Shown: piece after piece, positions 58,592 to 64,000 of the stretch
Layout: each line of letters begins with the position of its first letter
Position numbering within the stretch: the first letter of the stretch is position 1
NCBI GenBank assembly: GCA_045225255.1
Contig: JBGVBD010000099.1
Coordinates: forward strand, 19,697 to 83,696
Length of the DNA: 64,000 bases
DNA from: Prevotella sp.
GTDB lineage: Bacteria > Bacteroidota > Bacteroidia > Bacteroidales > Bacteroidaceae
Direction of reading: 5' to 3'
Position numbers and translations under genes: made by a program
The notes under the pieces: generated by a model
Told to the model about the DNA's origin: nothing
Databases searched by the model: none
Seen by the model: only the letters and a program-made list of their open reading frames with translations

Positions 58592-59245
58592 TTACTTGTT
58601 TAAGATTTTCTTTCCATTCATGATATAAATCCCTTTGCCCGCCTTCGTCACTTTCTGTCCTCTTAGGTCGTATATGGGTCCGTTAGCATCTACAGGGTCA
58701 ACCTGAATATCGTCGATGCCAGTACCGCCAGAGAGTGAGAGGGTGAAGGTGGCATCAGGATAGCCGTATGTCCACATATTAGTGTCATCAATAAACCCCA
58801 AAGCCGCCGAACCTCCCTCTTCATTCGTGAAGTTGGATATCAGTCGTCCAGTATTCTCACCGTTTATAATATCCTTGGTGCCCTCTAATATCAGTGTGAG
58901 CAATAACCCGTCCGATTTCTCGATACTCTGATTAGCGTTGTGATACCACAGTACCCTGTAAGTGTCTTTCGAGACACGTTCAATCAGCAGGTTGTAGTCA
59001 GGTTCCTTGACTCTGGAAGAGTTGAAAACCGCTTTATCTGCTATATTAACGCCCATTGGCAATTGAATATCAAAAATGAAGGCTTTGTAAGCATGCATCT
59101 CATTAGTGAGTGAGATTTCAAGTTTCGCAGTCTGTCCGGGCTGAAGTGATACGTCAGAAGCAGAAAGACCGTCCTCAGCGAAAATATAGGCGCTGGTTGC
59201 AATAAATGAAATTGCAAGTAATAGAATATTCCTCTTCATAGTCAT
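58592..59245 (-). CDS. Secreted cohesin-like domain protein with Prevotella-type T9SS C-terminal tail
   Basis: Signal peptide; SLQPGQTAKLEISLTN..AFIFDIQLPMGV..TYRVLWY..DGLLLTL beta-sandwich; TGIDDI...IYDLRGQKV...KGIYIMNGKKILNK. Confidence 0.7.
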   Translation of the reverse strand: MTMKRNILLLAISFIATSAYIFAEDGLSASDVSLQPGQTAKLEISLTNEMHAYKAFIFDIQLPMGVNIADKAVFNSSRVKEPDYNLLIERVSKDTYRVLWYHNANQSIEKSDGLLLTLILEGTKDIINGENTGRLISNFTNEEGGSAALGFIDDTNMWTYGYPDATFTLSLSGGTGIDDIQVDPVDANGPIYDLRGQKVTKAGKGIYIMNGKKILNK

Positions 59246-59473
59246 ACGTTATACATGTTTTGGTTTGTACTTCTGGGTGCAAATATATGTAAAATTTCTT
59301 ATAGTTGGTGCAAAAAATGCAAAAAAAATATTGACCCGTTTCTTTCTCCTTGGTCAGACTGTCAAAAAATTATACCAAAATTTATGTATAGATTTTTGTT
59401 GCTTCTAGAAAAATTGAAGGCTTCAAAACGTTGTTTTTAGGCTAAAAAATGGTTCGTATATTACTTTTAGATA

Positions 59474-59539
59474 GAAAGGTGCCACCTTTCTACCCGTTTG
59501 CTACGTGCAAACTACCCGAAAGAAGGCACCTTTCTATAC
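59474..59539. repeat. Three 17-bp 6-5-6 palindromes at 22-bp period
   Basis: GAAAGG-TGCCA-CCTTTC, GTTTGC-TACGT-GCAAAC, GAAAGA-AGGCA-CCTTTC, each followed by TACCC/TACCC/TATAC. Confidence 0.85.
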
Positions 59540-59727
59540 GATAAATAGGGGCAAAACAGGGCTTTTCACACCCTTTTTACCCCCTTATTCATCCTTAAAA
59601 ACGCTCTTAAAACAGATAAACCGTTGCTATTCAAACGATTACCATAACCTCTTATATTTCGCGTATTTGCAGACAACTTGACCGTTGATCACTTTTACGC
59701 GATTCTACAGAGGTGTTTTGTAAGAAT

Positions 59728-60438
59728 TTATACTAATGTGTGGACGTCAAAATAATGTTGTACTTCTTCCTTGTAACTGTCGGAAATGGGGATGTAGTCT
59801 TCGCCGAGCACAATGCGGAAGCGGTCGACAGACTGTGCCTTCGTCATGTGTACGATGTAACTACGATGGGTACGCATGAACTCGGGGTGGGGCAGATAGT
59901 CATCGAGTTTCTTCATGTTCATGAGACTCATGATTCTGGTGCCGTCTTCAAGATAGATGCGGATGTAGTCCTTAAGACCTTCAATGTAGAGGATGTCGTC
60001 GAGGTCGACGCGCAGGAGTTTATAGTCACTTTTGACAAACATGAAGCGGTCACGTGAATAGGCTTCTTGTTTCTGTGTGGCACATACCCAATCGAGGGCT
60101 TTGTTTGCCACCCTCAGGAAATCATCATAACTGATGGGTTTCAGCAGGTAGTCGAGTGCGTTGACTTGGTAACTCTCGATGGCATACTGCTGGAAAGCGG
60201 TAGTAAACACAATCCTGGTCTCTGGAGGTAGTATCTTGGCGAACTCGATGCCTGAGAGTTCGGGCATCTGTATGTCAAGGAAGATGAGGTGGGGAGGATT
60301 CTCCCTCAGTTCCTTCATCGCCTCGACGGCACTACCATACGTACCTGTCAGTTCAAGAAAAGGTGTTTTCTCTGCATAACTCTTGAGCAGTCCTGCTGCC
60401 AAAGGCTCATCGTCGATAATAGTACATTTAATAGTCAT
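59728..60438 (-). CDS. LytTR family response regulator
   Basis: IIDDEPLA, FLDIQMP, FTTAF, DYLLKP, ILYIEGLKDY, FMRTHRSYIV. Confidence 0.95.
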   Translation of the reverse strand: MTIKCTIIDDEPLAAGLLKSYAEKTPFLELTGTYGSAVEAMKELRENPPHLIFLDIQMPELSGIEFAKILPPETRIVFTTAFQQYAIESYQVNALDYLLKPISYDDFLRVANKALDWVCATQKQEAYSRDRFMFVKSDYKLLRVDLDDILYIEGLKDYIRIYLEDGTRIMSLMNMKKLDDYLPHPEFMRTHRSYIVHMTKAQSVDRFRIVLGEDYIPISDSYKEEVQHYFDVHTLV

Positions 60439-60456
60439 AATGTTTTTATCGTTTTA

Positions 60457-61509
60457 TTATTTTAATTTACTATTTGATTCTTTCCAATCGGTGATGTGGA
60501 TACGTGAGTGATATTCCTTGCCGTCAGACGTAGCACCCTTGATCCACGTATAATGCTCGAAATATGCCAATTCCAATCGACGCTGTACCTGCCGGAGACC
60601 GATACCGTGACCGCTGTCGTCTGTTGCTGTCTTCGGGTGGTTGGAATTGCGGATGTCGCAGATGATATTCTTTTCGTCGGCAAATATCGTGATATGGATA
60701 AATGACGGCTCGGTAGGGCTGACACCATGTTTGAAGGCGTTCTCTACCAGTGAGATGAAGATCATCGGTGCGATAGTGATATCGGATTTGGTGACGTGTG
60801 GGTCAAAAGTTATCTCAACAGTTTGAGGAAGACGTATCTTCATTAACTTGACGTAGTTATTTAAGAACTCTACTTCGTCCTGCAAAGATACGGTGGGTTG
60901 CTGGTAGTCGTAGAGAATATGACGCAGCATCTTCGAGAGTTCCTGGATGGCAGCCTGGGCCTTGGGAGTATCAAAGGCGGTCAGTGCATAGATGTTGTTC
61001 AGCGTATTAAGCAGGAAATGCGGATTGATCTGATTGCGCAGATTGCTCAGTTCGGCATCGGAACGTGCAGCCTCGGCACGGTTACGTGCCTGATCCGCCC
61101 AATACCACTGTTGTGAGAGTGCGATGCAGGTGGCTGCTGTGGCAAAGACAATGAGGTTGATGATGTCACGGAGGGTGTAGAGCACGTTCTCTAAGGTCGA
61201 AAATTCCGTGCGCAGTGCCAGGTTGGGCTGTAGGAGCGTCTGCGAATAATCCATCCAGTAGTGAGTCGCCAATCCGAGACTCACCACCATCACCGCATTG
61301 ATCATCAGGAAGTAACGCTGCTTGCCTGCCACGTAATACTTGTAGGTCAACCAGTGATAGTCAGCGTAGAACACTACCATCATCAACAATGGTGATACGC
61401 AGTTCACCAGATATGTCATCATCCCCAATCCTCGTGTGTAGGCGAGGGGCGAGAGGAACATATACGCCCAGAAGGCGATATGCAGGAATATCTTCAGTCG
61501 TTTATTCAT
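60457..61509 (-). CDS. LytS/YehU-type sensor histidine kinase
   Basis: TM segments, LRNQINPHFLLNTLNNIY, LVENAFKHG, GIGL. Confidence 0.94.
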   Translation of the reverse strand: MNKRLKIFLHIAFWAYMFLSPLAYTRGLGMMTYLVNCVSPLLMMVVFYADYHWLTYKYYVAGKQRYFLMINAVMVVSLGLATHYWMDYSQTLLQPNLALRTEFSTLENVLYTLRDIINLIVFATAATCIALSQQWYWADQARNRAEAARSDAELSNLRNQINPHFLLNTLNNIYALTAFDTPKAQAAIQELSKMLRHILYDYQQPTVSLQDEVEFLNNYVKLMKIRLPQTVEITFDPHVTKSDITIAPMIFISLVENAFKHGVSPTEPSFIHITIFADEKNIICDIRNSNHPKTATDDSGHGIGLRQVQRRLELAYFEHYTWIKGATSDGKEYHSRIHITDWKESNSKLK

Positions 61510-62719
61510 GTCGGATGGCTTCTATCGGATCCATATTAGCGGCTTTTTGGGCGGGGATATAGCCAAAGAGCACACCAATGAAGACGCAGACGAAGAACGA
61601 TACCCAGATCGACCATGCCGGTACACTTGACGGCATACCGAAAGAACTGAGGAAGGTACTCGCCGAGCACCCCACAAGGATGCCGATGAGTCCGCCAGTG
61701 ACGGAGATCAGTACCGACTCGATGAGGAACTGGAACGAGATGACGGGACCCGTAGCGCCCACCGCCATGCGCAGTCCAATCTCCTTGGTACGTTCGGTAA
61801 CGCTCACCAGCATGATGTTCATAATACCAATACCTGCAACAAGTAATGAGAAGGCAGCGGCAACAACAAGAATCAGTGTCACTGTGTCCATCGTCGATGA
61901 CATCGTTTCCATCATCTCTGCCTGTGAGCGGATGGTGAAGTCATCGTCAGCATCACCTTTCAGTTTATGGTTGTCGCGCAGCATCTGTGTCAATTCCTCG
62001 ATGGCAGCATCCGAGAGTTCCTCGGTGACTGCCGAGCAGACAATACTTGAGAAGTAAGTCTGGGCAGCAATACGTTTCATGACAGTGGTGTAGGGGGCTA
62101 TCATCACATTGTCTTGGTCCATGCCCCATGAGTTGTAGCCTTTTGCTTTCAATACACCTACGATGCGCATGGGGATAGACTTGAAGCGGATGGTCTTACC
62201 GATGCAGTCGGCACCCTCGCCAAACAGTTCTTTGACGATAGTCTGTCCGACAACGACAACCTTTGCTGCCTTTTTGATATCCTCTTCCGTGAAACAGTCG
62301 CCATCCTCGACAGGCCATTGCTTGATGTCGAGATAGTCTGTCGATTCTCCGTACAAGGATGTATTGGTATTGTTGTTACCATAGATAGCCTGACCGCTTG
62401 CCGTCACCTCGGGGGATACCTTCGTCACGAACTTCTTCTCACGCATGATGCGCTCATAGTCTGCCATCTTCAGTGTCTGCATTGACGACGGGTCCTGGCG
62501 CACACCACCACGCATGTCGGCACCTGGACGGATGGTCAGTAGGTTGGTACCCATCGTAGACAGTTCTTGACGGATGCTCTCTTTCGAACCTTGTCCTATT
62601 GCCATCATGATGATGACCGCTGCCACACCGATAATAATACCGAGCATGGAAAGGAAAGAGCGCATCTTGTTGCTGGCTACAGCCTTCAGGCTTACCTTGA
62701 ATAAGTTTAGTATATTCAT
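61502..62719 (-). CDS. MacB-family ABC transporter permease
   Basis: RSFLSMLGIIIGVAAVI, GIGIMNIMLVSVTERTKEIGLRMAVGA, PAQKAANMDPIEAIRHE. Confidence 0.94.
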   Translation of the reverse strand: MNILNLFKVSLKAVASNKMRSFLSMLGIIIGVAAVIIMMAIGQGSKESIRQELSTMGTNLLTIRPGADMRGGVRQDPSSMQTLKMADYERIMREKKFVTKVSPEVTASGQAIYGNNNTNTSLYGESTDYLDIKQWPVEDGDCFTEEDIKKAAKVVVVGQTIVKELFGEGADCIGKTIRFKSIPMRIVGVLKAKGYNSWGMDQDNVMIAPYTTVMKRIAAQTYFSSIVCSAVTEELSDAAIEELTQMLRDNHKLKGDADDDFTIRSQAEMMETMSSTMDTVTLILVVAAAFSLLVAGIGIMNIMLVSVTERTKEIGLRMAVGATGPVISFQFLIESVLISVTGGLIGILVGCSASTFLSSFGMPSSVPAWSIWVSFFVCVFIGVLFGYIPAQKAANMDPIEAIRHE

Positions 62720-62724
62720 TGTTT

Positions 62725-62764
62725 CGTTATGACGTTATATCGTTATTACGTTATCACGTTGTTT
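62725..62764. repeat. Octamer (CGTTATNN)x5 filling the intergenic gap
   Basis: CGTTATGA CGTTATAT CGTTATTA CGTTATCA CGTTGTTT. Confidence 0.88.
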
Positions 62765-62766
62765 TA

Positions 62767-63522
62767 TCAATCGTCTTGTTTAGGCAAGTTGGCAAGCGCC
62801 TCTGCTGCCGACTTGATATTCGTATTGATGGTGTCCTCGCGAATCTTACCGTCGCGCAAATAGATGTTGCGGCTCGAGTATTCGGCAATCTCTGGGTTGT
62901 GGGTCACGAAGATGATGGTGTGTCCCTGTTTGTAGAGTTCTTGGAAGAGCACCAGCATCTCAAACGAGGTACGGGTATCGAGGTTACCGGTTGCCTCATC
63001 GGCGAGCAGCACGGCAGGCTCATTCACCAAAGCGCGCGCTATCGCCACACGCTGCATCTGTCCACCAGACATCTGATTGGATTTATGCTCTAAGCGGTCA
63101 CCCAGTCCTACTGCTTGTAGAGCCTTGACGGCAGCCTCGCGGCGCTGCTTCGAGTCATATTTGTTATTATACATCAGTGGCAACTCCACGTTCTCCACGG
63201 CAGTGGTCTTCGCAAGCAGATTATAGTTCTGAAACACAAAACCAATCTTCTGATTGCGCAGATGGGCGCGTTGCGTCTTCGACATGGTACGTACGGGAAC
63301 ACCGTCGAGGAAGTATTCGCCCGAGGTAGGGGTGTCGAGACAGCCCAACTGGTTGAGGAGCGTCGATTTGCCAGAACCAGAAGTACCTTGGATGGTGACG
63401 AACTCGCCCTCGTAGATCTTGAACGAGACGCCACGCAGTGCCTTCACGGTCTCGCTACCCACTTGGAAGTAGCGTTTCACGTTCTGCAACTCGATGACGA
63501 CTTTTCTATTATCTTCTGCCAT
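62767..63522 (-). CDS. MacB/LolD-family ABC transporter ATP-binding protein
   Basis: GTSGSGKST, FVFQNYNLL, MSGGQMQR, LLADEATGNLD, VTH. Confidence 0.96.
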   Translation of the reverse strand: MAEDNRKVVIELQNVKRYFQVGSETVKALRGVSFKIYEGEFVTIQGTSGSGKSTLLNQLGCLDTPTSGEYFLDGVPVRTMSKTQRAHLRNQKIGFVFQNYNLLAKTTAVENVELPLMYNNKYDSKQRREAAVKALQAVGLGDRLEHKSNQMSGGQMQRVAIARALVNEPAVLLADEATGNLDTRTSFEMLVLFQELYKQGHTIIFVTHNPEIAEYSSRNIYLRDGKIREDTINTNIKSAAEALANLPKQDD

Positions 63523-63530
63523 AATCTTTA

Positions 63531-64000
63531 TTATCTTCTTGGTGCTTGACCGCCGTTACCATTCTGTCCACCTTGACCACCTTGTCCGCTTCTATTGTTG
63601 TTTCGTGGACGTGGCATGAAGGGGTTGCTGGTCTGTTGTCCACCAGGCATTTCACTTGCGCCGCCAGAGATGGTGAAGTCAACCAATACCTCCGTGCCTT
63701 CCTTGATGCCACCGGTAATCTCGGTCAGCACACCGTTGGTAGTACCAACCTCTACTTTATGAGCCTTAAAAGTATTACCTTCCATCGTCCATACCTTATG
63801 GTCACCCTCGCAGTCCTCTATATGCTGCCCTTTGGTGAGCAGTACTTCGTTGGGTGTGAAGCGCAGAGCCTTTGAGGGAACAGCCATCACACCGTTCTTC
63901 TCTAAAGTATAGATGGTGACATTGGCTGTCAGACCGGGCTTTAACTTCAGGTCGTTGTTACGGGCGGAAATCACGACCTCATAGGTCACCACGTTACTCT
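63531..64000 (-). CDS. MacA-like periplasmic adaptor subunit, C-terminal part; truncated by window edge
   Basis: VVTYEVVI, LKLKPGLTANV, AVPSKALRFTP, VEVG...EITGGIKEG. Confidence 0.88.
   Translation of the reverse strand, partial: SNVVTYEVVISARNNDLKLKPGLTANVTIYTLEKNGVMAVPSKALRFTPNEVLLTKGQHIEDCEGDHKVWTMEGNTFKAHKVEVGTTNGVLTEITGGIKEGTEVLVDFTISGGASEMPGGQQTSNPFMPRPRNNNRSGQGGQGGQNGNGGQAPRR

Noticed and set aside
60458-60478. Possible heptamer array at the end of the kinase gene
   Set aside because: Too degenerate and AT-rich to distinguish from chance.

Overview
Bacteroidota chromosomal segment, most likely from a rumen-type Prevotella/Xylanibacter. This rests on the TAnnTTTG promoters, a P. ruminicola-like xylose isomerase and Prevotella-type T9SS C-terminal tails. 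Positions 1-41.6 kb hold a large surface/exopolysaccharide region. Its Wzx/Wzy-type core runs response regulator, priming sugar transferase, TolC-like, Wzc-like, Wzy-like, GT2s, flippase. Next to it is a mixed-orientation decoration zone with seven acyltransferase-3 genes, an FkbH/VOC/ACP/MBOAT/SGNH module, glf, an LTA-synthase-like protein, a UbiA-like protein and esterases. Embedded in this zone is a ~2.86 kb cassette (DUF6078-like plus BT4734/VirE primase-helicase) with no integrase. It is bounded by degenerate ~70 bp terminal inverted repeats and contains a 22-bp-period palindrome array. A second array of the same geometry, with a matching core site, lies at 59.5 kb. Positions 41.7-54.7 kb are housekeeping (xylB, xylA, fcl, manC, dedA, TPR, glnS, mltG, malQ) plus a candidate sRNA. 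Positions 54.7-59.2 kb carry a cohesin-CTD, dockerin cargo and LRR-CTD gene trio. Positions 59.7-64 kb carry a LytS/LytTR two-component system and a MacAB-type exporter. Short 7- and 8-bp tandem arrays recur in promoters and in frame inside genes. No rRNA, tRNA or CRISPR array was seen. All family assignments are from motif recognition, not database searches.
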